A stretch of DNA of 58,052 bases from Octopus sinensis. Taxonomy: Eukaryota. The stretch lies in assembly GCF_006345805.1 (NCBI RefSeq), contig NW_021835891.1, positions 1-58,052 on the forward strand, read 5' to 3'. The notes beneath the pieces are model-generated. The model had not been told where the DNA came from. It saw only the letters and a program-made list of their open reading frames with translations, and made no database searches. Positions 26,088-38,730 of the stretch are shown here, in pieces (position 1 is the first letter of the stretch; each line of letters opens with the position of its first letter). Made by a program: the position numbers and the translations under genes.

Positions 26088-26238
26088 GAATATCATAATG
26101 TACAAAATGAAAAATAAAATGAAATTATAAAGCAAAAAAAAAAATTATATATATATATATATGTACAAATATCGAAATATCGTTTTAAATTTAAACAGCA
26201 AGGAACTAAAAAGAATGCAACAGTGAATTGGAAAGAGA

Positions 26239-26290
<52 letters not shown>

Positions 26291-26391
26291 CTTTGAAAAT
26301 AAATCGAGAAACTGTGAAACAATATTCATAACAGAACAATTAACTCGAAAAGAAGCAAGAAAAATGGTTTCAGTTTTTAAAGAAAATTCCT

Positions 26392-26397
26392 AATAAA
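26392..26397 (+). promoter_or_regulatory. Candidate polyadenylation signal of the neuropeptide gene
   Basis: AATAAA followed by a T/GT-rich stretch. Alternative AATAAA sites at 25858, 26113 and 26298 cannot be excluded. Confidence 0.35.
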
Positions 26398-26889
26398 CTT
26401 TTTATTTTCTGTTGTATCTTTTGTTGTTGTTGTTGTTGTTGTTGTTGTTATTGTTATTGATATTGATGATGATGATAATGGTTAGGGCGATGACTATAGC
26501 GATGAGGCGATGATGGTGGTGTTTATAGTGTTTATGATAAAGATGCTGATAAATGGTGATGACGATGGATATGACGATAAGGATAATGATATGATTATTG
26601 TTCTTTTTGAGGATGATGATAATGATGATGATGGTGGTGATGATGAGTGTTATGCCTGGCAATTTTTTTTCCTTATTCATATTTTCCGATCTGTAGTTAT
26701 GCGCCATATTTTATTTCGCATAAAAAATAAATAAGTTATTATTAACAAAATATAAACAATAATAAAAGCAAATATTGAACAAAAAAAAACAAAAAAAAAA
26801 CAAGGAGAAGCAAACTTTATATTCTTTGAAACTTTGTTATTTCAGACACAACAATATTCTTTGGAATCATGGTTATTGTTATAATTTTT

Positions 26890-27197
26890 TTGTTTTGTTT
26901 TGTCCCTTCTCGAGCCACGACTGGCTCATAAGGGCCGGTTTCCCGGTTTGCTTGGCGTATAGGTTCCCCACGTGGACGGGACGCCAGTCCGTCGCAGGTG
27001 AGCTGCAAGATGCAGGAGAAAAGAGTGAGAGAAAGTTCTGGCAAAAGAGCCAGTAGAAGTTCGCCATTACCTTCTGCAGGAGCCGCGTGGAGCTTAGGTG
27101 TTTCGCTCATAAACACACACACCACCCGGTCTGAGATTCGAACCCGCGATCCCTCGACCGCGAGTCCGCTACTCTAACCACAAGGCCATGTGCCTCC
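26890..27197 (-). mobile_element. SINE family A, full length
   Basis: Head, GGGACGCCAGTCC body block and (TTTG)n tail. Confidence 0.88.
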
Positions 27198-27214
27198 ACG
27201 GTTATCATAGTAAT

Positions 27215-27431
27215 GGTTTCAAATTTTGACACAAGACCAGCAATTTCGAGTGCTGTGGGAAAGTCGATTACATCGACCCCGACGCACAACAGGTACTTAT
27301 TTCAGCGACCCCGAAAGGATGAAAGACAAGGACAACCTCTGCGGAATTTTGAACTCAGAACGGAAAAACGGTCGATATGCCGCTAAACATGTTATCCGGC
27401 GCGATAATGATTCTGCTAGCTCACCGTCCTT
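27215..27431 (-). mobile_element. SINE family C, diverged
   Basis: CGACCCCGAAAGGATGAAAG...GGAATTTTGAACTCAGAACG core. Confidence 0.75.
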
Positions 27432-27434
27432 ATG

Positions 27435-27470
<36 letters not shown>

Positions 27471-27565
27471 TAATATTTGAACTCAGAACGGAAAAACGGT
27501 CGATATGCCGCTAAACATGTTATCCGGCGCGATAATGATTCTGCTAGCTCACCGTCCTTATGATG

Positions 27566-27630
<65 letters not shown>
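27348..27630 (+). repeat. 128-bp direct tandem duplication
   Basis: GAACTCAGAACGGAAAAACGG at 27351 and 27479; each unit ends in (AAT)n. Confidence 0.9.
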
Positions 27631-27631
<1 letters not shown>

Positions 27632-28203
27632 CCCTGATGCAGTAATAATGCCCTGATGCAGTACCAGGCAGTGGCTCTCATGGCTTCTGATCTTAACTGA
27701 TTGGAAGTGTTATCATGTACATTGTTTTGTCTTGGTATAAAAGATGGGCTACAGCAAATATTCTGCTCAATACCACAGATTTGCTTGTCAGCTGTTTGAC
27801 CTTAACCAGTTGAGCATGTCCCTTAGTGGCTGACGATATGTGCATCTCTGATCACGAGCAGAAGTAGTGGGGGAGCATCATAGCCATGTGTTGAGAAGGA
27901 TTCTTTGGGGTTTGAATAATTCACCTCTGGAAACATGGGTGGTTCGTTCAACGTCCTTAAACAACCCTTATTCAGGGACCTTTTGAGCGGGATGGGTTAC
28001 TCGATCTGAAGAAAATTCTAACTGGGCTCCACCTGCAAGGTCATGTGCTGCTTATCTTGATATGAGATCACCATGTCGCGCACATATGGTTGTGATGCAT
28101 GTGCCTGGTGTACCCTTATCAGACGGGTAGTCATGATGGGTATACTGGGCTTCGTATATTTTACCCCAGTGTCACTTTGATGGCATGCTCTGCTCGCTCA
28201 CTC
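27631..28203. mobile_element. About 570-bp non-coding interspersed element embedded in (AAT)n
   Basis: Unique-sequence block with (AAT)n on both sides and a short terminal duplication (AATAATGCCCTGATGCAGTA twice). I recall it as an abundant octopus repeat. Assignment as a non-autonomous R4/Dong-type element is inference. Confidence 0.5.
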
Positions 28204-28243
<40 letters not shown>

Positions 28244-28266
28244 TAATATCAATAATAATAATAATG

Positions 28267-28325
<59 letters not shown>

Positions 28326-28769
28326 TGTTTCAAATGTTGGCCCAGGGCCAACAACTTTAGGAGAGTACGAACGTCGATTATAGCGACTCTTGTTTCAGTT
28401 GCTACATAATTTTATTGACCCTCCTGAAGGATATGCAATGTTGGCCTCGTCGGAATTCAAACTTAGTAAGTAAAGAGCCAGAGATGATACAACTCTGTAC
28501 GACATGCTAACGACACCACCAGCTCACGACGATTGCCTTTGTTATGACAGTAATAAGAACGCTTTCTAATTTTAGCAGAAATCCAACAATTTCAGGGAGC
28601 GGGGTAAGTCAATTACATGGATGCCAGTGCTCGACTGGTGCATGTCTTTCGACCAGAAAGGCTGGAAAGGGAAGTTGACTTCGACAGTATTTGAACTCAG
28701 AAAGTAAATCGTTGGAAGAAGTGCGGCCAACGCTCAAGCAACACTTTTAAAATCATAGTAATAATCCTT

Positions 28770-29149
28770 TCTACTAAAGGCATAAGGCTTCAAATTTTGT
28801 GGGAGGAACTAGTTGATTACATTGGCCCTCAGTGCTTGTCTCGTACTTAGTTTATTGACCCAAGAAAGGATTAAAAGCAAAGTCGACCTCGGCGGAATTT
28901 GAAGTCAGACGAAATACCTATTTCTTTACTACCCACAAGGGGCTAAACACAGAGGGGACAAACAAGAAAAGACAAAGGGATTAAGTCGATTATATCGACC
29001 CCAGTGCGTAACTGGTACTTAATTTATCGACTCCGAAAGGATGGAAGGCAAAGTCGACCTCGGCGGAATTTGAACTCGAAACGTAGCGGCAGACGAAATA
29101 CCGCTTAGCATTTCGCCCGGCGTGCTAACGTCTCTGCCAGCTCGCCGCC
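28770..29149 (-). mobile_element. SINE family C, dimeric
   Basis: Two AAGTCGACCTCGGCGGAATTTGAA cores. Confidence 0.85.
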
Positions 29150-29683
29150 TTTTAAATAATTGTTGTAATAAGAAAAATATTAGCAAGAATTCTTTTAAAC
29201 TTAGGTTGAAATCCGGAAAGTATGGAGGAATAGGTTGGTCGATTACAATGATTACCATTAATTAAGGTTTGGTTTCATCGTCCCCAGAAATGCCAAAGAC
29301 AAAGTTGACATCTTAAATAAGAAGCTAAAGTACTTTAACTGCACTCAACAAAACATTTTATCGACATCTCTAACGTTTCTGCCTATTAACTCTTTCTCTA
29401 TGTTTACACCAAAGGGATCACTACAGGAGCGGTGAAGGTAATGGAGTGGCTAGAAAATCCAAGATTATTAGGACTACGAGAGCTAAGAATCCTACACCAG
29501 ATAACATTCCTCGGTTTATTGGTGGATGCTGGAAGAAGCTGATGAGATCTGGGTCTGAGAGTAAAGTGTTTCTCCTCACTCTTTTATCCTCTTGCTTTAC
29601 TCTCAGACCCAGGAGACTTGTTGTCACTAAACCTCAAGATAAAATACCTGCTGACTAAATTAGCATGCACTAGCATTATAATA

Positions 29684-30050
<367 letters not shown>

Positions 30051-30193
30051 TTATGATGATGATGATGATAGATGATGATGATATGATGATGATGAATGGA
30101 ATAATAATTAAATAATAATAATAATAATAAAAATAATATAATAATATAATATAATAATAATAATCTAATAATAATAATATAATAATAATAATA

Positions 30194-30365
30194 AGGGGCT
30201 GCAATAGGGGTGGCGCAGTTGCAGAAAACAGCACTGCTTGGAACCGCTCGAAATACTTCAGAAGTGCTTAAAAATATGAGATGTTACCTTAGTTCACTGG
30301 CAGAGAACAGCTGGCACCGTATTACATCTCCAGCGTTAGAAGCTGTGCAAAGGCAATGATAACAA
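30194..30365 (+). mobile_element. Short R4/Dong-like 3' fragment
   Basis: VAQLQKTALLGTAR motif, followed by a short UTR and an AAT-type tail. Confidence 0.6.
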
Positions 30366-30384
30366 TAATTATAACATAAGAAAT

Positions 30385-30945
30385 AGAGGCATGACCATGT
30401 TCTGAAAGTTTTGCACGAGATTTTTGTCAGAAATGGGTATAATCATCGGATAAAAAGAGTTCTTGAATCGGGAAATTGCAAGATTCTATGGGATTTTTTT
30501 TTAATGCAATCGGATAAAAAACTAGACAATAGCAAAACCAGATACAACAATAATAGAGAAGGAATGACTAATTTGCTCCCTGATTGATCCATCACGTCCA
30601 TTTTATTCCAGGATCGTGAAGAAAGAAGAGGAAAATTTTTAAATATTACTATCTTTTAGAATTTCAAATTACGAGAATTTGAAAAAATGGAATATGTAAA
30701 GGGTGTGTCTGTAATAATTGGTACAGTGGGAACTGTGAGCAATGAAATGGATAAACGGTTGAAGGAAATTGAAATGGAATGTCCTGTAGAACTTCTGCAG
30801 AAGGTTTTGCTTTTTAGGAACAGGACAGATTACCAGGAGGGTTTTAAGGTCTTGATAGATTATTGAGATATTTTGGAGTAACCCGCTACCTACATAGATT
30901 CTACCAGAAATAAGGCCACTGTGGGTCAAGTCGAAAAGTGATAGT
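30385..30945 (+). mobile_element. Degenerate R4/Dong-like endonuclease fragment
   Basis: Across frameshifts it reads VLESGNCKILWDF..KPD..LIDPS.PF..RIVKKEEE..VIIGTVGTV..LLQKVLLLGTGQITRRVL*. It ends at a (TAG)n tract. Confidence 0.78.
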
Positions 30946-30979
30946 GGTAGTAGAAGTAGTAGTAGTAGTAGTAGTAGTA

Positions 30980-31023
<44 letters not shown>

Positions 31024-31460
31024 CAACAGGAGCAGCAGAATTTGGACCTGGATATCTCCATTTCCAGCGACTTCGAGGGCCACTTCCCAGTGGTGTCGGG
31101 CGTCAACGAAGAGCCCTCGACTACAACAAGATTCCCAAGTTTTTTTTCCCCCAAGGTCTGGGGTCTCCCGCCCCAAAGCCCTAGACCATTACCTAATCAC
31201 CCTTACCCGTCTTGTTGCTTAACAACAACATCAACAACAACAACAACAGCAACAACAACAACAGCAGCGACGACAACAATAAGAATTGAGGAGGAGAAGG
31301 TGGGGGAGAAAAAATACATACAGAAGGAGGAGTAAGAGGGGAGAAGGATTTGTCTTATTTACCATGGGGCATTAGATAAGGTGGGTCAGAGTCATTACAT
31401 GAACAGTTTACAATTTCGACAGGAACAGAGGAGAGAAGGTTAAATGCAATAAACAGGCGC

Positions 31461-31850
31461 AGGAGTGGCTGTGAGGTAAGTAGCTTGCTAACCAACCACA
31501 TGGTTCCAGGTTCAGTCCCACTGCGAGGCACATTGAGCAAGTGTCTTCTATTATAGCCTCGGGCCGACCAAAGCCTTGCGAGTGGATTTGGTAGACGGAA
31601 ACTGAAAGAAGCCCGTCGTATATATGTATATATGTATGTATGTGTGTATATGTTTGTGTGTCTGTGTTTGTCCTCCAACATTGCTTAGCAACCAATGCTG
31701 GTGTGTTTACGTCCCCGTAACTTGGCGGTTGGGCAAAAAGAGAGCGATAGAATAAGTACTAGTCTTCCAAAGAATAAGTCCTCGGGTCGATTTGCTCGAC
31801 TAAAGAGTGGTGCTGCAGCATGGTCGCAGTCAAATGACTGAAACAAGTAA
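31461..31850 (+). mobile_element. SINE family D, full length
   Basis: Collinear with 17214-17600. Confidence 0.88.
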
Positions 31851-32670
31851 ATGTGTAAATAAGTAAATACAAACATGCATACATACATGGATGGCTTCAA
31901 ATTCAGTCGAGGTCGAATTAAGCCTGCATCATTTCGGGGTCGACAAAATAAGTACCAGCTGAACAATTGGGCCGATGTAATTGATTAGCCCTTACCGGCA
32001 AATTTCAGACCTTGTGCTTTTAATTGAAAGAATTACATTTCAAAGTAATAACTGAAAGCCCGATACTATATTCTGGTATTTTAGAAACACAGTACTTACT
32101 ACAGAACATTTCTTGTGGAATTTTCCTAAAATACAACGCAGATATATTCAGACTTTACCATCAAACTTTGTCTATATAATCTACTGTTATTCTATAGAGA
32201 TATTCTCTACATTCCCGTCACCTTTCCTTTCGTATCTAAGCTGCATTATCTCTGCCCAAATAGCGTGCAGTTTCTAATTTCATAAAAGTGATTACATTTT
32301 ACTAGAAGTGATATAGATGGAGATTAGCTTGACACCGAGGCAGAGTCTTATATTTTAGCAGATATATATATATACAGAGAGATAGAGAGAGAGGGGGAGA
32401 GAGGTAGATAGGAATAGGAAAATGGCTGAATATTTTCTTATCGGATATGACGTCGTGTTCTATTTAATTTCATGTGAAAGATTAAGATGTGACATTTCGC
32501 TTATCTTACTTACCTAGCAGGATTCGAGGGATGAAACATCCATTGTGACTAAGCGTGCATATATAAACCACATAGTACATTGTGTATATAAGTGTATATT
32601 ATGTGTGTGTATATATATCCATATTTCATATAAAATATATAACCATATTATATATAAAATATCATATATA

Positions 32671-32826
32671 TACTCTTTTACTCTTTTACTCTTTTACTTG
32701 TTTCAGTCATTTGACTGCGGCCATGCTGGAGCACCGCCTTTAGTCTAGCAAATCGACCCCGGGACTTATTCTTTGTAAGCCCAGTACTTATTCTATCGGT
32801 CTCTTTTGCCGAACCGCTAAGTGACG
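32671..32826 (-). mobile_element. SINE family D, 3' half
   Basis: Reverse complement of the family D tail. Confidence 0.8.
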
Positions 32827-32863
32827 TTTTAATATAGATTCGTATTATATTCTATATGTATAT

Positions 32864-32915
<52 letters not shown>

Positions 32916-32966
32916 ATATATATACCATATATATATATATAAATATATTATATATATGTATATATA

Positions 32967-33007
<41 letters not shown>

Positions 33008-33062
33008 TGGAGTAAACACATAAATGTGAAACAAGGTGGAAAAGAGTACTCAATACCAAAAA

Positions 33063-33099
33063 CTGTCCGACGAACGGGACGTGAAACTCTGAGTAACAG
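33063..33099 (+). ncRNA. Minimal type I hammerhead motif with U4C core variant
   Basis: CTGT-CCGACGA-ACG(GGA)CGT-GAAA-CTCTGAG-TA-ACAG. GUA triplet, pseudo-palindromic stem III (ACTCTGAGT), AATAAA about 25 nt downstream. Confidence 0.72.
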
Positions 33100-33963
33100 C
33101 TTTTGTTAAATTTCTGCTGCTTTTAAATAAAGTATAAATAATATATATATAATATATATATATAATATATATATATATATAATATATATATGTATATACA
33201 TATAGGTATGTGTATGTTATATATCATATGAATAATATAACAATATATCTATGCACCTTTAAGTATCTATAATGTAGTATCGAATACGATATATATGTAC
33301 AAGCGTCAGCTGAAATGTCCATACCCAGATATGATATTATCATACTCACTAGGATACTGACTCCCAGTCAAGTGTGTTTTCATGTTGAGGAACAGATGAT
33401 AGTCAGATGGGCCAAATAAAGAGAAAACGTTGTATACAGAATTAGGGGCTTATTAGTAAATACAGTACCCAGCTGGAAGTTCCCTCAGTCGGTGATTTAC
33501 CGCGACAGGTAATAATTAGCATCGAATTACGCAGTATGTGTTTTAGAGCCCAGATCTTTTTCTGTGCAACCATCATATAAGCAGTTTTGCTCTCTCTCTC
33601 TAAAAGTCTCTAAATTGACTCATCTTACTCATTATTTGCACAGTGTTGCGACAATAATGTAAAAGAAAAGCTATTTTAGTCTGGAGTCTTTCATCAGCTC
33701 ACAAGGAACCCTACCCCTCAAATGTGCTGTCTCCTCGTTTTGCTTCGTTATCACTGTGACCCCTGTTATACGGAGTTGGCAGGTCTCACTCCACCTTCGC
33801 TCAGGTACTCACAATATACTCATCCGATTTTAAGTGCAGTCTCCTATGTGACACTCAACCCTTCGTTTTCCTCCGACTTTTACGATTACTATTTAAATGA
33901 TCAACGTCACTGCTCCCACTTACTGCAATTTATGCAAATAAATAAATAAATAGGCAAGGTGTG

Positions 33964-34352
33964 GGAGTGGCTGTGTGGTAAGTAGCTTGCTTACGAACCA
34001 CATGGTTCCGGGTTCAGACCCTCTGCGTGGCATCTTGGGCAAGTGTCTTCTACTATAGCCTCGGGCCGACCAAAGCATTGTGAGTGGAATTGGTGAGCAG
34101 AAACTGAAAGAAGCCCGACGTATATATGTATATATGTGTGTGTATATGTTTGTGCGTCTGTGTTTATCCTCCCAGCATCGCTTGACAACCGATGCTGGTG
34201 TCCCCCGTAACTTAGCGGTTCGGCAAAAGAGACCGATAGAATAAGTACTAGGCTTACAAAGAATAAGTCCTGGGGTCGATTTGCTCGACTAAAGGCGGCG
34301 CTCCAGCATGGCCGCAGTCAAATGACTGAAGCAAGTAAAAGAGTAAAAGAGT
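33964..34352 (+). mobile_element. SINE family D, full length
   Basis: Collinear with 31461-31850; (GAGTAAAA)n tail. Confidence 0.88.
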
Positions 34353-35249
34353 AAATAAATAAATAGATAAATAGATAAATAAAAACAACAAAAGCATAGA
34401 GAAAACAAATATGATGACTGAGACTTGGGGTTGAATAGCTAATACATTTATTTCGTTTCTTGCGATTCTACAATGACTTCTATGGTCTCGCATTTAATTC
34501 CAATTTTCCAAGAGTTAAGTAGATTAGCCTCGTATTTCTACTGTAAAAGATGAAGATCTATCACAGGGCGATTCTCCACCCCTACCACCACAAGAATAAA
34601 TGAACTCACATAAAAAGAGTAAATCACTTGTTAATTAAGCAGTACTCAAGCTTTTGCTTGGACTGACAAATTGTTTATATTTTCGTGATGTCTATCTACA
34701 ATTATGTAGACAGCCATTTTAGAGATAAGTGCATCTGTTTACACACGTAGGAAATTTCTAAGGATAATCAACGAAAATAGCCGATGTCTTCACTGCTTTT
34801 CATATATTCCCTGACATCGCATCTGACTACAAAGGAAAATATTCCATTGTGCTGCATCCATCTCTTTTCTTAAGGATTTGACAGGGTAAAAAGGTCAGCG
34901 ACCTTAAACTTTTTCAGAGACTACATTCCAGTGAAGTGAGGGAAATCATGCATAAATTGAAAAATTCGCCAAAAGACTTGCAAGGGAATATATTCTACTC
35001 AAAGCATCGGTAAACGTGGAGCAGGAGATAACTCTAGCAACCGATTCAGTCTGTCACACGAGAATGGACACGGTCCTTCCAGATGGGTTCTACAACAACA
35101 AACAGCAATGATCTAGAAACTACTATAAAGCAAACTGTAACATTATCATATACAGGAGCGCTGTGGCTCACTTTAAGCATTGTAATATCAAAGACGGGCA
35201 AAAAAGGGAAAATATGAGAGGCTCTGACAATGTGAAGAGTTTCACAAAA

Positions 35250-35287
35250 CCTTTATATTTCAGGCGTAAAGGCCCATCCTCAGAAGA
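35250..35287 (-). ncRNA. Candidate ultra-minimal hammerhead motif
   Basis: Minus strand reads TCTT-CTGAGGA-T-GGGC(CTTTAC)GCCT-GAAA-TA-TA-AAGG. Stem III could only form intermolecularly through ATAT, and there is an extra U before stem II. Confidence 0.3.
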
Positions 35288-35439
35288 AAAACAGTCTGCG
35301 AAATGTCCATCTATGCAGGTTCCGTTAACCTATTCAAATTCCTCAGCATTATGTTAATGGTAGTATCAGTCACTCTCCAAATGTTGGTGTAATTGACCCT
35401 CCAAGCGTTGGTGTAAACAAACATCCAGCTGTTGTTTTC

Positions 35440-36440
35440 TTCTTCTTCTTCTTCTTCTTCTTCTCTTTTTCTCTTCTTCTTTTCTTCTTGCTTCTCTTCT
35501 TTCTTCTCCTTCTTCTTCTCTTCTTCTCTCTTCTTCTCTTCTTCTTTCTTTTTCTCTTCTTGTCGTCCTGTCTTGTCTTCTCTTCTCTTCTCTTCTTCTC
35601 TTCTTCTTCTTCTTCTTCTTCTTCTTCTTCTCTTCTCCTCGTCTTCTTCTTCTTCTTCTTCCAATCAGCACTCCACGCCATTAGCCACAAAGAATAATCT
35701 CTAATTCGAGCCTACTCTAAGCTTCTAAGAATGCGTGTGGCAACTTGAAGAGCCACCCACCACACACGATAGACTGGCGGTTGCATGGGCGCGAAAGCTA
35801 CGTTGTTATCCTCATTCCGTAAACGGTGGCTTAGGGCAGCGGACTTGTGGTCGTAAGAACGCGGTTTCGATTCCCAGACCGGGCATTATGAGTGTTTATT
35901 GAGTAAAACATCTAAGCTCCACGAGGCTTCGGCGGAGCGGGGTGAACCCCGCTGTACTCTTTCACCACAACTTTCTCTTACTCTTTCTTCCTACTTCTGC
36001 CACAAAGCAGAGGAACCATGGTGTAACCCACTATGGTGTGGTAAACTTTCAGAGCCTAGTCTAGATTGCGAATCCTCTGTACCCCAGTATGGTTCAGCTC
36101 TCCACCCGTTAAAGACCACCGTTTATGAAATGAGGATAACAACGTAGCTTTCGCCCCCGTGCAACCGCCAGTCTATCGCGTGTGGTGGGTGGATCTTCAA
36201 GTTGCCACACGCATTCTTAATAGCATGGAGTAGGCTTGAATTAGAGATTATTCTTATTGGCTAATAGCGTGAGTCCTGATTGGAAGAAGAAGAAGAAGAA
36301 GAAGAAGAAGAAGAAGAAGAAGAAGAAGAAGAAGAAGAAGAAGAAGAAGAAGAAGAAGAAGAAGAAGAAGAAGAAGAAGAAGAAGAAGAAGAAGAAGAAC
36401 AAGAACAAGAACAAGAACAAGAACAAGAACAAGAAGAAGA
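35440..36440. repeat. About 1-kb inverted-repeat structure: (CTT)n, 169-bp arm, spacer, arm, (GAA)n
   Basis: 35661-35829 is the reverse complement of 36116-36283. The spacer contains a family A SINE fragment (about 35826-35995). Confidence 0.88.
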
Positions 36441-36584
36441 CAACACCACCAAGGAGATAGAGACCTTAGAGAGACAACCTACATATAAAGGAAGCTCTAT
36501 TGATCCACTGCTGCAACCAGGAAATTAATAGTTGAGCCGGTGGTGATATATATTACGGTTTTAGTCGCAGTTGCCTTGATGTGT

Positions 36585-37105
36585 TCATAGGAACCACCTG
36601 CTAGAAGTGGCCGGCAAAGAAGGAAGTTTTGTATAACCAATCTACCCACTAGAACAACCCTATATATATATAGACCTTTATAGAAGGGACCTTCACACAG
36701 TTAATCTACCTACTACATAGGGCCTTAATATAGTCAACCAACCTGATACAAGAGGCCTTTTTAGAAGTGGGTTTTATATCGTGAATCTACTTGCTAGAAA
36801 ATCCCTTTATATGGGCAATCAATCTGCTAGAAGGAAGGGGCTTTTATTGAAGGGACATAATATAATCAATCTCCCCGCAATAAGGGGCCTTTATATATTT
36901 AATACACTTTCTAGAAGGGTCTTTTGAAGAAAGAGCCTTTATATTATCAATCTACCTGCTAGAAAAGCCCTGTATGTAGTCGATTTACCTGCTACAAGGC
37001 GCCTTTGTATTGTCAATCTGCTTGATACAGAAACCCCTTTATATAGTCGCTCCGTCTGCTATAAGGAGCCTTTATATAGTCAATCTACCAGCTAAAAAAT
37101 TCTCT
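36585..37105 (+). repeat. Degenerate minisatellite, about 33-bp unit (ATATAGTCAATCTACCTGCTAGAAGGGGCCTTT-like)
   Basis: Roughly 15 diverged units, some truncated. Confidence 0.8.
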
Positions 37106-37767
37106 TATAAATCCCATTGTAAGGACTTAAAAACTGTGAGCCATTTTCAATGACGTATTCCTTGAAATTCTGTTGGGATAGTTACGTTTGGGACACCTTT
37201 TGCCATAAATCTGTCTGTCGGAACGGACTTGTGACTAAAGTAAAAGACTAAATACCACAGTGGATAAAAACAGCATCTCCACTAATGCACAACAATACCA
37301 GCTACCATAACAACAACAGCATATGTAATAAAAATACCTCTTTTCAAAAGAATATTATCTCTCGCCTCACTCTAAATAACAAAACCAACGGCAACCATTA
37401 TAAAAAGAATGACGAACTAAGCAACAATGGCTGAAAGACGATAAACAAATAAAAACTGAAACTGTAACAATTATAAAACAAATAAATAAACAAATAAATC
37501 AGGAAATAAAAGGACAAGACATAACATGTCCGACACTAAGCGAGACTAAAAGTATAGAGTAAAGGAGAAAGAAATGAGAACGAGGCTATGGCGATGGTTG
37601 AACAATATAGCAAGATGGAACACGATCGGCACACGGAACTTCACGAAACATCGCGAAAGACACGGACGGTGCTAATTTTAAACATGAGACAAATGTCAAG
37701 AAAAAATGTCGTACTTGTTGGTATTAAATGGCAGCATATTGGCCAGTACTTCTTTGTACATGTCTGT

Positions 37768-37801
<34 letters not shown>

Positions 37802-38069
37802 CATATATGTGGGGGGGGGGTTTGTGTGTGTGCAGTTGCGTGAGTGTAGATTCGGTAAAACAAAAATGGTAAATGTAAATATTATTGCTCTTAATTGTAG
37901 CAGTTGCAATGTGACTCAAGGGCCGAAAGTTTCGGGTGAATTACTGATGCGCTTTGATACATACATACGTACATACATACATACATACATACATACATAC
38001 ATACATACGAGTAAGGGCGATTTTTTGCAGCAATAATAATAATAATAATAATAGATATATATGATATGA

Positions 38070-38409
38070 CCCCCTTCGGTCAGACACTGACCATGGGTTT
38101 GCACCTAGAGAGTTACCCTCTGAGGCACAAGTCTGGGCAAGGTTGTTTTTATTTTGTGGAAGACCAGCAGTCACCCATGCATACCAGTTTCCCCTCTCCA
38201 TGCCACTGATGTTATCCAAGGGAAAGGCAAAGGGGCCGATACAGCTTGGCACCTGTGACGTCGCAACTCATTTCTACAGCTGAGTTAACTGAAGCAACGT
38301 GAAATAAAGTGTCTTGCTCAAGAACACAACACGCAGCCCGGTCCGGGATTCGAGCTCACAACCTCACGATCGTAAGCTCGACGCTCTAACCACTGAGCCA
38401 TGCGCCTTC
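38070..38409 (-). mobile_element. tRNA-derived SINE with distinct 3' half
   Basis: Minus-strand head GAAGGCGCATGGCTCAGTGGTTAGAGCG...CTCGAATCCCGG. Confidence 0.8.
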
Positions 38410-38509
38410 AAACATACATACATACATACATACATACATACATTCATTCATACATACATACATAAATACATACATACATACATACATACATATATGTATG
38501 TGTGTGTAT

Positions 38510-38730
38510 ATGTTTGTGTGTCTGTCCCCCGAAAATTCGCTTGAAAACCGATGCTGGTGTGTTTACATCCCCGTAACTTAGCGGTTCGGCAAAAGAGACT
38601 GATAGAATAAGTACTAGGCTTCCAACGAATAAGTCCTGGGGTCGATTTGCTCGACTAAAAAGTTGGTGCTCCAGCATGGCCACAGTCAAATGACCGAAAC
38701 AAGTAGAAGAGAGTAAAAGAGTAAAAGAAT
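38510..38730 (+). mobile_element. SINE family D, 3' half
   Basis: Matches 34150-34352. Confidence 0.8.

Noticed and set aside
29539-29630. CTGATGA directly before the 18-bp hairpin, as a long-stem-II hammerhead
   Set aside because: Followed by GAGA rather than GAAA, and no stem I pairing.
33660-33704. Minus-strand CTGATGA-AAGACTCCAGACT-AAAA-TAGCTTTT
   Set aside because: Needs several repairs (G12A, stem II mismatch, U at the cleavage position, weak stem I). A possible fossil but not supportable.
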